Shown here: positions 47,241 through 56,978 of the stretch, piece by piece
Numbering within the stretch: position 1 is the stretch's first letter
How the letters are laid out: every line of letters starts with the position of its first letter
From: an uncultured Gemmatimonadales bacterium
Lineage (GTDB): Bacteria > Gemmatimonadota > Gemmatimonadetes > Gemmatimonadales > Gemmatimonadaceae
DNA: 64,000 nt
Assembly: GCA_963707505.1 (NCBI GenBank)
Contig: CAVPQB010000001.1
Span: 64,001 to 128,000 of the forward strand
Reading direction: 5' to 3'
Translations under genes and position numbers: made by a program
Notes under the pieces: model-generated
Database searches by the model: none
What the model saw: the letters and a program-made list of their open reading frames with translations, nothing else
Told to the model about the DNA's origin: nothing

Positions 47241-47734
47241 ATGAGCAAGATGACCACCTGCCTGTGGTTCGACCGCGGCAAGGCCCGCGAGGCGGCCGAG
47301 TTCTACGCGAGCGTGTTCCCCGACAGCCACGTCGGGAAAGGCCACGCCTCCGCCGCGGACAATCCGTCTGCGAAGGCGGGCGAGGAGCTCACCGTCGAGT
47401 TCACCGTCCTGGGTCAGGCGTACATCGGCCTGAATGGCGGGCCGAATTTCAAGCCGAACGAGGCGGTCAGCTTCATGGTCCTGACCGACAACCAGGAAGA
47501 GACCGATCGTTACTGGAACGCGATCGTCGGCAATGGCGGCGAGGAGAGCCAGTGCGGCTGGTGCAAGGATCGCTGGGGCTTCTCCTGGCAGATCACGCCG
47601 CGCGTGCTGCTCGAGGCGACGACCGACCCGGATCGCGCCGCCGCGAAGCGCGCCATGGAAGCCATGATGACGATGAGGAAGATCGACATCGCCACGATCG
47701 AGGCCGCGCGCCGGGGCGAAGGGCCGAGGAGTAA
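47241..47734 (+). CDS. VOC family protein (PhnB/3-demethylubiquinone-9 3-methyltransferase-like); stop probably lost to a 1-nt deletion
   Basis: TCLWFD..AAEFY, LNGGPNF, ESQCGWCKDRWGFSWQITP, KIDIATIEAARRG; GAGGAG SD. The read-through tail to 48050 overlaps an opposite-strand gene. Confidence 0.85.
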
Positions 47735-47748
47735 GATCACCGGCGGAG

Positions 47749-48168
47749 TTATTCAGATTTGCATATCCGTCTATTCGCTGAATCTGCAGGCCAGAGTTTG
47801 GCGAGCGTCTTACATGCTGCGCGCACATCTGATGGCCGCCTGGCGAGGCTCATGGCAGCGATATAGTCATGGTAGAAGTTTGAGTCCGGAAGCCCGCGCA
47901 TGTATGCCGCGCGGGCAAGCCGGATGCCGCGCTCCCAGTCGCCACCTTCGATCGCCCACAGTCCCACAGATGCGATTCTGGCTGTCGAGTCGCCGCGCGG
48001 AGTTCCATCGCTGCGATAGTCGAACCATCCTTTTGAGGCAGGTGGTGTAAACACGTCCGCTAAATCCTTTGCTGTCAGCGGCGCCGTGTCGTCGACAAGG
48101 GTTGCGCGCGCTGGATGATGGCACGCGCCGCTTGCGACGAGAACAAAGATTAGAATGAACAATCTCAT
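47749..48168 (-). CDS. Hypothetical secreted protein or lipoprotein
   Basis: MRLFILIFVLVASGAC leader; helical C-terminal half with two Cys. Confidence 0.6.
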   Translation of the reverse strand: MRLFILIFVLVASGACHHPARATLVDDTAPLTAKDLADVFTPPASKGWFDYRSDGTPRGDSTARIASVGLWAIEGGDWERGIRLARAAYMRGLPDSNFYHDYIAAMSLARRPSDVRAACKTLAKLWPADSANRRICKSE

Positions 48169-48253
48169 TGCTGCAGTACCAATGCGCGACTCACGGCTGG
48201 TTTCCATAGGAGATCATTTCCATTGACCGCGGACGCCTCGCTGCGCGTGCGGC

Positions 48254-48886
48254 TCAACGTTCATACCGGCGCCCCGTTAGCCTGACGACCCAGCCCGGCA
48301 TATCATAGGCCTGCAGCTGCTCCAGATTGCGTTCGCGCATTTGCTCTGGAGTCCACCACGGTGTCTGAAGCACGGTGCTGTAGTACTTCAGCAGCGATTC
48401 GTTATCGGGCAAGAGCGTGGCGAAAGCGATTTGTTGACGAACCGCTGCAGCCTCGTGACGCGCCGCAGTTACTCGTGGCGTCTTCACCACTCCCCGACCA
48501 AATATTCGCGCGTGCGCTGCCTCGTGCACCAACGTCATTGCAGTTGATCGTGCATCGCCTGCAACTACATTCTGCCAACTTAGTACACAGCGTCGCGTGC
48601 TGACCTCGAAGTATGCCCCGCCCGCCCGCACGAGCCAGATCGCGGACAGGTCTCGGCGCATGCGACTGAGGCGGCGGTGGTCGTACTTGTCGATCAGGCC
48701 GAGCGCCAGAGTAACCTTGGCGAAGAAGAGCTCGTTGACTCCATCCTTTGCGTCGTCGAGACTGACAAGCGGAATTCCGTACGCGGAGGCGCGTCCGCAA
48801 CGCAATGCGACTATGCCGATAAGGGCACGAGAGATGTGCCCGCCCACGCCTTTCAGCACCTGTGAGCCAAATGCCCTAAATTCCAT
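48254..48886 (-). CDS. Hypothetical HExxH-motif protein
   Basis: TLVHEAAHARI followed by AARHEAAAVRQQ; start uncertain. Confidence 0.65.
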   Translation of the reverse strand: MEFRAFGSQVLKGVGGHISRALIGIVALRCGRASAYGIPLVSLDDAKDGVNELFFAKVTLALGLIDKYDHRRLSRMRRDLSAIWLVRAGGAYFEVSTRRCVLSWQNVVAGDARSTAMTLVHEAAHARIFGRGVVKTPRVTAARHEAAAVRQQIAFATLLPDNESLLKYYSTVLQTPWWTPEQMRERNLEQLQAYDMPGWVVRLTGRRYER

Positions 48887-48900
48887 TGTCGCGCGCGACC

Positions 48901-49789
48901 GTGAGCGTCGGGTGGGTTCCCCGAAAAGATACGACTTCCTTGCTACTTCAGCGACTTGGTTTTCCTGACGATTCCGTTTTCCCCGTCGTTCGTGCCGCCG
49001 AGCGCTTGCTCGTTGCCGCCAAAATTGAAGGTGACGACGCCGTTCTCACATTGGATACCGGTATGCGACTCGACGTTTACCTCGACCGATCTTATGTCGA
49101 GCGGCGACAGTTCGCCATTGAATGGCGTGGCGACCGGTTCGGAGTGTGCCCAACGGGCGACTTCACTATGCTTGGTCGACAGCGTGCATTTAAGACGGCG
49201 ACAGTTCAAGCGCTTCCCACAGAGAAGGGGCGTGATTCTGCTTATGCCGGTACGTTGGGGACGATGTTCTTCAATGATGGATTGCTCGGGATGGACTGGG
49301 CGAGCGGTGAGATAGCACGGACCTCTCAGCACGATGCTATACGTGCGCTTCTTCCCGACCCGACGCACCGACTGGATCTGTTGCCGAACGTCCAGGACGG
49401 CGTTCCGTTTACTCGATCATTGAGGATCGACGGCCTCCGGACAAATCCGACATTAGTCGTCGCCTCCGATCGCAGCTCATGGATTTCGGCGCACGATTGC
49501 GACCCGCGTCTCTTCAGAGCGACATAACCTGGACGAGATTGGATTGGCACTGAATGAGAAGTGCGACGTGCCTCTCGTGTTTAGGAACAGTACGCCAATG
49601 CAACACTCGATGCGGATCCATACATCCATTGAGCAGTACGGGAAGGGTTGGGGTGTACCAGAGTGCGACGGAATTCTGGGTGGCGACTTCCTGCGTCGCT
49701 GGCTTGTGGTTCTCGACATTCCAGCGGGACATCTCCTACTGTACGATTACGCCCGTGTCCTACCGGAGCTGAAGATTTCACGCTATTAG
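48901..49789 (+). pseudogene. Two-domain retropepsin-like protein split by a +1 frameshift near 49495
   Basis: LTLDTG..GTLGTMFF in the first ORF; DGILGGDFLRRWLVVLD in the second; start uncertain; may be a sequencing error. Confidence 0.55.
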
Positions 49790-49900
49790 GATGATTTTGG
49801 TCATCGTCGGATGAATTGGGATGAACCGTTGGAACTTGGAGCGGCGAGTACACTGTGCACCCGAGTCAGCGCGCCGCTGGCAACAGTAATGCGCCTCGCC

Positions 49901-50626
49901 ATGCGCCTCACCATCCGTCGTACCGTCGCGACATACACCACGGTGCTCGTCACAGCGGCGACAGCGATTCTTCCGGCGTCGCCGCTCGCGGCGCAAAGTA
50001 ACAGCAAGCACGACAGCACAGGCTTTCCGCAACCCACCATCGCCGCGACCGTCGTGCTCCTCGCCACGGGCGCTGCACTCGATCGGCCCATGCGTCGCTT
50101 GATCGCCAATCGCGGTCACGGTGCAGTTGTCAATTCGCTTTCGAACGCCGGCAACGACTTGGGGACGGCGGGACACATCATACCGGTACTGGCCGGTTCG
50201 TATCTGGTGGAGCGTATCGCAGGACGAAGGCGCACCGCGGATGACATCGTCGACGCCGCAGCTGGCTACGCAGCATCGGACATAATCGAAGGACTGCTCA
50301 AAAGCGCGGTAGGACGGGAACGCCCGATGGCGAGTGGGAATCCCGAACGATTTCACCCGTTCACAAGCCGCGGCGACTTTCACTCGTTTCCATCCGGGCA
50401 CATGACTCACATCGCCTCGATCGCTGCGGCGGCGGCGATAGAATCACACGAGCCCTGGGTTCGTGCGCTCGGGATCAGCGCGACTACGCTCGTGGGTTGG
50501 CAGCGTATACACGCCGATCAGCACTGGACCAGTGACGTGATCGCTGGCACGCTGCTCGGCGATTTCGTCAGCAGTGCAGTGGTGCGTCGGTTGCGACGAC
50601 TACACGGGCATCCGTTCGGCCTGTGA
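49901..50626 (+). CDS. PAP2 family phosphatase
   Basis: KSAVGRERP, SFPSGH, QRIHADQHWTSDV; signal-like N-terminus. Start 49889 or 49901. Confidence 0.9.
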   Translation: MRLTIRRTVATYTTVLVTAATAILPASPLAAQSNSKHDSTGFPQPTIAATVVLLATGAALDRPMRRLIANRGHGAVVNSLSNAGNDLGTAGHIIPVLAGSYLVERIAGRRRTADDIVDAAAGYAASDIIEGLLKSAVGRERPMASGNPERFHPFTSRGDFHSFPSGHMTHIASIAAAAAIESHEPWVRALGISATTLVGWQRIHADQHWTSDVIAGTLLGDFVSSAVVRRLRRLHGHPFGL

Positions 50627-50688
50627 GCCAATCACGGGTATGCGGGATCCGATAATTTTACTTCAATCCCAACGAACTGGATGAACCG

Positions 50689-51558
50689 ATGAGTCTTTCC
50701 GGCGCAGACGATCCCTCCGACGTGGTAAAGCACTACGCGACTGCATCGCTCACGGAGCAGATAAGCGACGCGATCGCTCGGGCCGGCTTCGTGGATGATC
50801 ACACTCCGGTAACCTGGAAGGACCTCGCTCCGCTGGATCAGTTTCATGTGGGCGGTCTTGCCGCAACTGAGGAGCTTGCCGCCAAGCTGCAACTCGCACC
50901 CGGCGCAACGGTGCTCGACATCGGCAGCGGACTCGGCGGCCCGAGCCGGTTTCTCGCAGCGACGCATGGCGCGCGCGTAACCGGAATCGACCTGAGTCCG
51001 CCGTTCGTCGAAGCTGCGACGATGCTGTCGGAGCGTACGGGACTCGCAGACCGCACGACATTTCGTGTTGCAGATGCACTCCAGCTCCCGTTCGGCGAAT
51101 CGAGCTTCGATTATGCATGGACACAACACGTTGCGATGAACATCCGCGACAGGGCTCACCTCTACGGTGAGATCTTTCGCGTGCTCAAACCGGGCGGAAT
51201 GTTCGCGATCCATGACGTAATCCTTGGCGACAGCGGCCCTCTGATCTTCCCCGTTCCATGGGCGCGCGGGCCTGAAATCAGTTTTCTGCTCACTTCCGAC
51301 GCGATGCGCGAGGTGTTGATACGCACTGGTTTCGACGTGGTATCATGGGCCGACACGACAGCCGTCGCGCTTGATTGGATCGTAAAGCAACAGGATGCGC
51401 GCTCGCGACTTCCGTCGTCACCTGCACTCGGACTCCGCCTCGTCATGCCACCAGACTTCCCCGTCATGATTGCGAACCTGGGGCGTAATCTTGCCGAAGG
51501 GCGAGCGCGACTGCTTCAGGCGATCGTCAGGTCGTCCGCTACAGATCCCGCTCGTTGA
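50689..51558 (+). CDS. Class I SAM-dependent methyltransferase
   Basis: DQFHVGG, VLDIGSGLGGPSR, VTGIDL, DALQLPF..SFD, RVLKPGG. Confidence 0.92.
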   Translation: MSLSGADDPSDVVKHYATASLTEQISDAIARAGFVDDHTPVTWKDLAPLDQFHVGGLAATEELAAKLQLAPGATVLDIGSGLGGPSRFLAATHGARVTGIDLSPPFVEAATMLSERTGLADRTTFRVADALQLPFGESSFDYAWTQHVAMNIRDRAHLYGEIFRVLKPGGMFAIHDVILGDSGPLIFPVPWARGPEISFLLTSDAMREVLIRTGFDVVSWADTTAVALDWIVKQQDARSRLPSSPALGLRLVMPPDFPVMIANLGRNLAEGRARLLQAIVRSSATDPAR

Positions 51559-51730
51559 AATGCCAGATCGCGACGCCGAGCACGATGCAGAGATACGCGG
51601 CGGCATAGACAATCGCAGTACTACTCGGGATCGAGACGTTCGCGAATGGCGAGAACGACAACGACCCAGCCAGCGGCGTCTGCATCTCGTACGCCGCCCG
51701 GCGCCACAGAGATTCGCCCGGCATGATCAG
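51539..51730 (-). pseudogene. C-terminal remnant of an ABC transporter permease
   Basis: LIMPGESLWRRAAYEMQ..SPF..PS..IVYAAAYL..AIWHFNERDL matches the usual permease ending; no upstream body and no ATPase gene. Confidence 0.6.
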
Positions 51731-51967
51731 ACAACAGCCTGCTGCCATCTCCTTGGTCTCATTCCAAACTCCATTGCACCCCCGAGCTATCGGGGAACAG
51801 GTCCGCGGATTTCAGGTCAAAACAATCAGGATATACTGGATGTGTGAGGTACGATTGTGGAACCTATGCGGCTCACCTTACTGCTGGATAACAAAAAAAC
51901 CGCCCGTACCTGCACACGGACATTAGAATAGAGGCTGGTTACCATCATCACCGGTCTGCGCAGAACC

Positions 51968-53249
51968 ATGAACACCTCTATTCATACGTCCTTCCATGCA
52001 TCCGCGCGGGTATCACTCACATCGCTCGTGCTCGTCGCCAGCACGGTATTGTCAGCACCGGCAGCGGCACAGACCCCACCGTCTCACGCGATGACTGCCG
52101 GCCTTGCATCCGCCGACTCGCTTGTCCAGGCGGCAGTCGCGAGCAATCTCATTCCCGGCGCCGTACTGGTGATTTCGCACAACGGCAAGGTGCTGCAGAA
52201 CCGCGCGTTCGGATACGCCGAGCTGTACGACTTCAACCTGCATCGGCTCGCAAATCCACGCGTCGATGCACACCTCGACGATGTTCGATCTGGCGTCTGT
52301 GACGAAGGTCATGGCGACGACGTTCGCGGTGATGATGCTCGTCGATCGCGGCAAGGTGAACGTGGATGCGCCCGTTTACACATACCTGCCCGACTTCCGC
52401 GGACCGCATCTCGACAGTATCACCGTTCGCAATCTGCTCACGCACTCTGCGGGACTCGTACAATGGCAACCGCTGTACTACCACGCATCCAACGAGCACG
52501 AGACGTACAACGTCATTCGGAAGATGCCGCTGCAGTGGGGTGTCGGTGAAGGCCGCCATTACAGCGATCTCAGCTTCATGCTGCTCGGCTACATCGTCGA
52601 GCACGTGAGCGGCGAGCCGCTCGACGTATTCGTCCATAAGGAGCTGTATCAACCACTCGGGCTCAAGTCGATAACGTTTCTGCCGAAAAGGCACGGCTTC
52701 ACGGACTTCGCCGCGACGGAACAGGGTAACGGCTACGAGAAGCACATGGTGTACGATTCTACGTTCGGATATCGGTATCGCGGTGATCCGACTGCGTGGA
52801 ACGGCTGGCGACAGTACGTACTGAACGGCGAGACCGACGATGGTAATTCGTGGTACGCTAATGGCGGAGTCGCAGGGCATGCGGGATTGTTCGCGACCGG
52901 TGCGGATCTGCGCGTGCTACTGGATCTGTTGAACAACCGCGGATCGTACGGCGGTCGTCAGTACATCAGGCCTGCGGTTGTCGATTCATTCCTTACCGTC
53001 GATCGTTTTCAGAACTACCTGGGATGGATGAAACCGCCGAACACGCCCGACGGCAGCTACATGCACAACGGATTCACGGGTACCTACGTGATCGGCGTGC
53101 CAAAGGCTGGTTTGTCCATTGTGCTGCTGACGAACAAGCAGAATGTGGGTGCGAACAGTCGCGGGTATTTTGCCGACGTTAAGCCGTTGGATGAAGGAGT
53201 GACAAGCGTGCTGGTAAAGGCGGCGATGGGGGAAAATACCCGGCCGTGA
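51968..53249 (+). CDS. Serine hydrolase (beta-lactamase-like family); +1 frameshift near 52265
   Basis: Signal peptide and IPGAVL..AFG in the first ORF; FDLASVTK, LLTHSAG, YSD, AGHAGLF, HNGFTG in the second. Confidence 0.87.
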
Positions 53250-53256
53250 GCATCGC

Positions 53257-54828
53257 TCACTTCGATGTCTTCGGCACCGGATGAAACAGCAAGTCCTGAT
53301 AGTCGTAACTGAAATCCGCGAGCGATGAGACCGCGGCCATCTTCATCGTATCGATATCGCCACTTGCAGTCAGCGAGAAGGTGACGTAGGCGTCTGGTAT
53401 CGTCTTCGTGCGCCAGTGCGCAACGAAGGTGTCGTACTGCCAGTGCTCGAGGTCGGCCGTAAACTCCGGTGAGTGAGCGAAACGAAGCACCAGATGTCCG
53501 TTCTCCTCCGCGATCGACGCATCGCCGTACATCGCGTCGTTATAATCGCCGGCGTATCTCGCAAGTGGCAGCGACGGCTTCGACTCACGATTGCGCGAGC
53601 TTGCAGCTTTGGCTTCGACTTCCGCTCCGGATGCAACCGCCTTCTTGCGGGCTGCTTCGTCGATCGCCACCCAATCCAGACGCGGCGTCCCAAGCATGTC
53701 ATCCATCGCGCGGAACGGAATCGCGTTGATAAGCGGCGTTTCCGAGTTGGTCAGTATGACGATTCCGAGACGTGCGTCCGGAACCAGCAACGTGCGCGAC
53801 GTCATCCCGCCAAGACCACCAGTATGCGTAATTATCTTGTGACCCCGATAGTCCTGAAGGAACCATCCCAGGCCATACTCGGAGAATTTGGGTGTAACGG
53901 GAGCCAACGCAGGCACGGATGGCGGCGCGATCGGTAGAATCGTCTGTCCTGACCACATGTCCCTGGTGCGCGCCGCGCTCCACAGCCGAGTGTTGCCAAC
54001 GCGTCCGGAGTCGAGTTGCACGATCATCCATTTGGCGATGTCGTTGACATTTGCGATTATTCCACCGGCCGGCGCGATGACGTCGACAGAGTCGAGCGAG
54101 ATCAGCTGCTGTCGCCCATCGATCATCGAGTGCGGCGAAGCCATGTGTGGATTCCCGGACAGCTCCGCAACGCCGGTCAGTGCCTCCGTCATGCCGAGCG
54201 GCTGAAGGATGCGCTCCCGCACGAATACATCCCACGGCTTGCCGCTCGCCGCGGCTACGACCTCACCTGCGGCCGCATAGAGCACGTTGTCGTATGCGTA
54301 CCGGCTGCGGAAGCTCGATGCAACGCGTGCATACCGTATCCTGTGCAGTATCTCATCACGCGAGTAATTCGAATGCAGCCACAGCAGATCGCCGGCACCG
54401 AGCCCGAGCCCGCTGCGGTGCGTGAGAAGGTCGCGTACTGTGAGCTCGCGCGTGACGTACGGATCCGAAAGCTGAAACCACGGCAGATACTTTGTTACCG
54501 GGTCGTCCCACTTGAGCTTTCCTTCGTCAACGAGCATCGCGAGCGATGCGGTCGTGAATGCCTTGGTGTTCGATGCGATCTGAAAGAGCGTGTGTGCATC
54601 GATCGGTGCAGGTGAGCCGAGTTTCCTTATGCCGTAACCCTTCGCGAAAACGACCTTGCCGTCCTTGACGATTGCAATGGCGGCACCCGGTGCGTCGAAT
54701 GTCTTCATCGCACTCGCGACGTAGGCATCGAAGTCTGCTGACGGTGTCGTGCGTTGCGCTGGTTGCTGGGCGGCGGCGCCAGCTGTTGCGAGTGAGAGCG
54801 ATAGGGCTAGTGCAACTCGTGGCGGCAT
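53257..54828 (-). CDS. Serine hydrolase with C-terminal DUF3471-like domain
   Basis: FQIASNTK, LLTHRSG, YDN, HTGG, YAGDYNDAMYG; signal peptide. Confidence 0.92.
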   Translation of the reverse strand: MPPRVALALSLSLATAGAAAQQPAQRTTPSADFDAYVASAMKTFDAPGAAIAIVKDGKVVFAKGYGIRKLGSPAPIDAHTLFQIASNTKAFTTASLAMLVDEGKLKWDDPVTKYLPWFQLSDPYVTRELTVRDLLTHRSGLGLGAGDLLWLHSNYSRDEILHRIRYARVASSFRSRYAYDNVLYAAAGEVVAAASGKPWDVFVRERILQPLGMTEALTGVAELSGNPHMASPHSMIDGRQQLISLDSVDVIAPAGGIIANVNDIAKWMIVQLDSGRVGNTRLWSAARTRDMWSGQTILPIAPPSVPALAPVTPKFSEYGLGWFLQDYRGHKIITHTGGLGGMTSRTLLVPDARLGIVILTNSETPLINAIPFRAMDDMLGTPRLDWVAIDEAARKKAVASGAEVEAKAASSRNRESKPSLPLARYAGDYNDAMYGDASIAEENGHLVLRFAHSPEFTADLEHWQYDTFVAHWRTKTIPDAYVTFSLTASGDIDTMKMAAVSSLADFSYDYQDLLFHPVPKTSK

Positions 54829-54900
54829 GCGAAGCTCCGGCTTCTGTTCGACATCAGCGCTCGCACCATGCGACGCGGAGTGTGGTGGAGAAAATGCTTC

Positions 54901-55797
54901 TCAGCTCGACCCGGCGCCAGCATCCGCGTTCAACACGGCCCACGCGCTCCGCAGCATCGGCTCCAGCTCCGCTCCCCACAGAATCCACGAGTGCCGCCCC
55001 GGTACCTCGTGGTACTCATACCGCGCGCCGTACGCGCGCAGCGAATCCGTGAATGCCCGGTTGCTCGGCAGAAAGCTTGGATAGTCGTCGTGCGTCCCGA
55101 TCGCGAGAAATACGTACGGCAGACTGTCCGCTCTCGTGTTGCGAAAGGTGCGCAACGGATCATACTCCGCGATCGAAGCGGGACCGCCTTTTCCAAAGGC
55201 TTTCAGTATGCTCTTCCCCGTCCCCTTCCAGAGCACCGAATCCGTTTGACCCATCACACTCGCGACGGACAGCGCTGCGCTCAATCCTCCCGCGAAACGG
55301 TATCTACGCGAGTGACGCAGGCCGAGCATCACCGCACCGTAACCGCCCATCGAGAGCCCGGCGATAGCCTGGCGCATCGTGTCGACGGAGAAACGCCGGA
55401 TCACGTCGTTGTACAGGTCGACGGTAATGAAGGACTCGTACGCAGCACCCGGATCGGACGGCGCGTTCACGTACCACGAGTTTTCTGCATCGGGCAATAC
55501 GACGATGAATGGATACCGTGCGATCACTTTCAGCAGATCCGTGCGACGCAACCAGTCGTCCTTGCCGCCCGAATAACCGTGCAGCAGCCAGAGGACTGGA
55601 TAGTGTTTGGCCGAAGTATATCCGGACGGCAGAACAACGTTGTACGCGACGCGTCTGCTTAGTGACGCAGCATTGACAGAGTCGGTTTCCACATGAACCG
55701 ATTCATCGCGTCCATGGGGCGACGCTGTTGCGCACCCGGCGGCAAGTCCCAGGAGTGAGATGAACGTGCGCGTTGCGCGCCGGCTGTCGGGCATCAT
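54901..55797 (-). CDS. Alpha/beta-hydrolase esterase, probable lipoprotein
   Basis: LAAGC lipobox; YPVLWLLHG; AGLSMGGYGA; GTHD; PGRHSW. Confidence 0.9.
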   Translation of the reverse strand: MMPDSRRATRTFISLLGLAAGCATASPHGRDESVHVETDSVNAASLSRRVAYNVVLPSGYTSAKHYPVLWLLHGYSGGKDDWLRRTDLLKVIARYPFIVVLPDAENSWYVNAPSDPGAAYESFITVDLYNDVIRRFSVDTMRQAIAGLSMGGYGAVMLGLRHSRRYRFAGGLSAALSVASVMGQTDSVLWKGTGKSILKAFGKGGPASIAEYDPLRTFRNTRADSLPYVFLAIGTHDDYPSFLPSNRAFTDSLRAYGARYEYHEVPGRHSWILWGAELEPMLRSAWAVLNADAGAGSS

Positions 55798-55800
55798 GCC

Positions 55801-56409
55801 CTAGAACATAACACCAACCGTGATTGGTACGAACGACAGGTCCGCATGGTTCTGACTCACATCGTGATACCGCGCTTCGATGAATCCATCAAACAGTATG
55901 AATGGCACAGATACGCCGGCGCCAATGTTGAACCCGAAATTGCTCTGTGAGGTGCTACTGCCGGTCGTCGGTGACGTACGTACATTGTACACACCACCGC
56001 CGCCTATCAGATATGGCCGCACTACAGGCACCGGTATGTGGATCGGAAATATGACGTTCGCTGTGAATCCCAGTATGCGCACGTCTGCATTGTAGGGTCC
56101 TGTTACCGGACTGCCCTGCGCAAACGTGAGGTTCTTGGTACCGAACCCGTTGTAGGCTACATCTGCACGCAGGCTGAACGGTACGACTGGAAGCGCGACA
56201 CCCAGGGAGCCGGTGATATTGTAGCCGGTGTTGACGCCGGTAAGTCGGCCGTCGCCGTTAGCCAGATCGCCTGTCGGGACTGAAACCCCGCCCGAGACTC
56301 CGATCGAGATGGGGTCGATGATCGAGGAGCCCTGCGCGGCCGCGACGGAGGCACCGAGTGCGTTTCCGGCAACCATTACTAACGCAACACACTTTCGGGG
56401 ACTGAACAT
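55801..56409 (-). CDS. Small outer-membrane beta-barrel protein
   Basis: Signal peptide; PYLIGGGG, FGFNIGAGV, FIEARYH; C-terminal VPITVGVMF. Confidence 0.87.
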   Translation of the reverse strand: MFSPRKCVALVMVAGNALGASVAAAQGSSIIDPISIGVSGGVSVPTGDLANGDGRLTGVNTGYNITGSLGVALPVVPFSLRADVAYNGFGTKNLTFAQGSPVTGPYNADVRILGFTANVIFPIHIPVPVVRPYLIGGGGVYNVRTSPTTGSSTSQSNFGFNIGAGVSVPFILFDGFIEARYHDVSQNHADLSFVPITVGVMF

Positions 56410-56798
56410 CACTTTTGCCCACTGCTGAACAGATTGAGGATGTTTCCGTCGGGATCCTTGAACCACGCGGTGCGCATGCCGCCCGAGACGTGTATGTCGC
56501 CTTCCAGGGTCGTATCAGGCATATCGTAATAGTGCTCGAAGGTGACGCCCCTGGCACGCAATGTCTGGATGATGCCGGCTATCTCGTCGCCTGCGTCCCA
56601 GCTCGCCGCGGTCGCCTGATTCGTCCCGGCATACTGCGAGGCATAGACGAGAAACGTGGTTGCCCCGCTGTTGTACGAAAGCACGCCATGTCGCCGCGGG
56701 CCGTTGTGCTGGAAGCCGAGTGTCGCCTCGTAGAATTTCCTCGCGACTTCGATGTCGCTGACCGCGATCGTGGCCAAGGCGTTCCTGTCTCCCAGCAT
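56409..56798 (-). CDS. VOC/glyoxalase family protein
   Basis: AVSDIEVARKFY..LG, LRARGVTFE, AWFKDPDGNIL; GGAGG SD. Confidence 0.9.
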   Translation of the reverse strand: MLGDRNALATIAVSDIEVARKFYEATLGFQHNGPRRHGVLSYNSGATTFLVYASQYAGTNQATAASWDAGDEIAGIIQTLRARGVTFEHYYDMPDTTLEGDIHVSGGMRTAWFKDPDGNILNLFSSGQK

Positions 56799-56978
56799 AT
56801 CTGCCTCCAATCGGTTCGCGGCAATCATTGCCCGCGAATAACGGGCCGCGACGGCGGATCTGCGCTTAGCGTGCGACTTCCTCACCATTCACGAATACCA
56901 CGATCGCCGGTTACCGGACCGTCCATTCGAGCAGATGAGAGCTGCCGACCAGGCCGCGGATGCGCAGATCAACGACAG

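Noticed and set aside
47226..48050. Apparent 274-aa VOC fusion protein
   Set aside because: Family similarity ends at IEAARRG. One missing base explains the lost stop, and the tail is antisense to the 47749-48168 gene.
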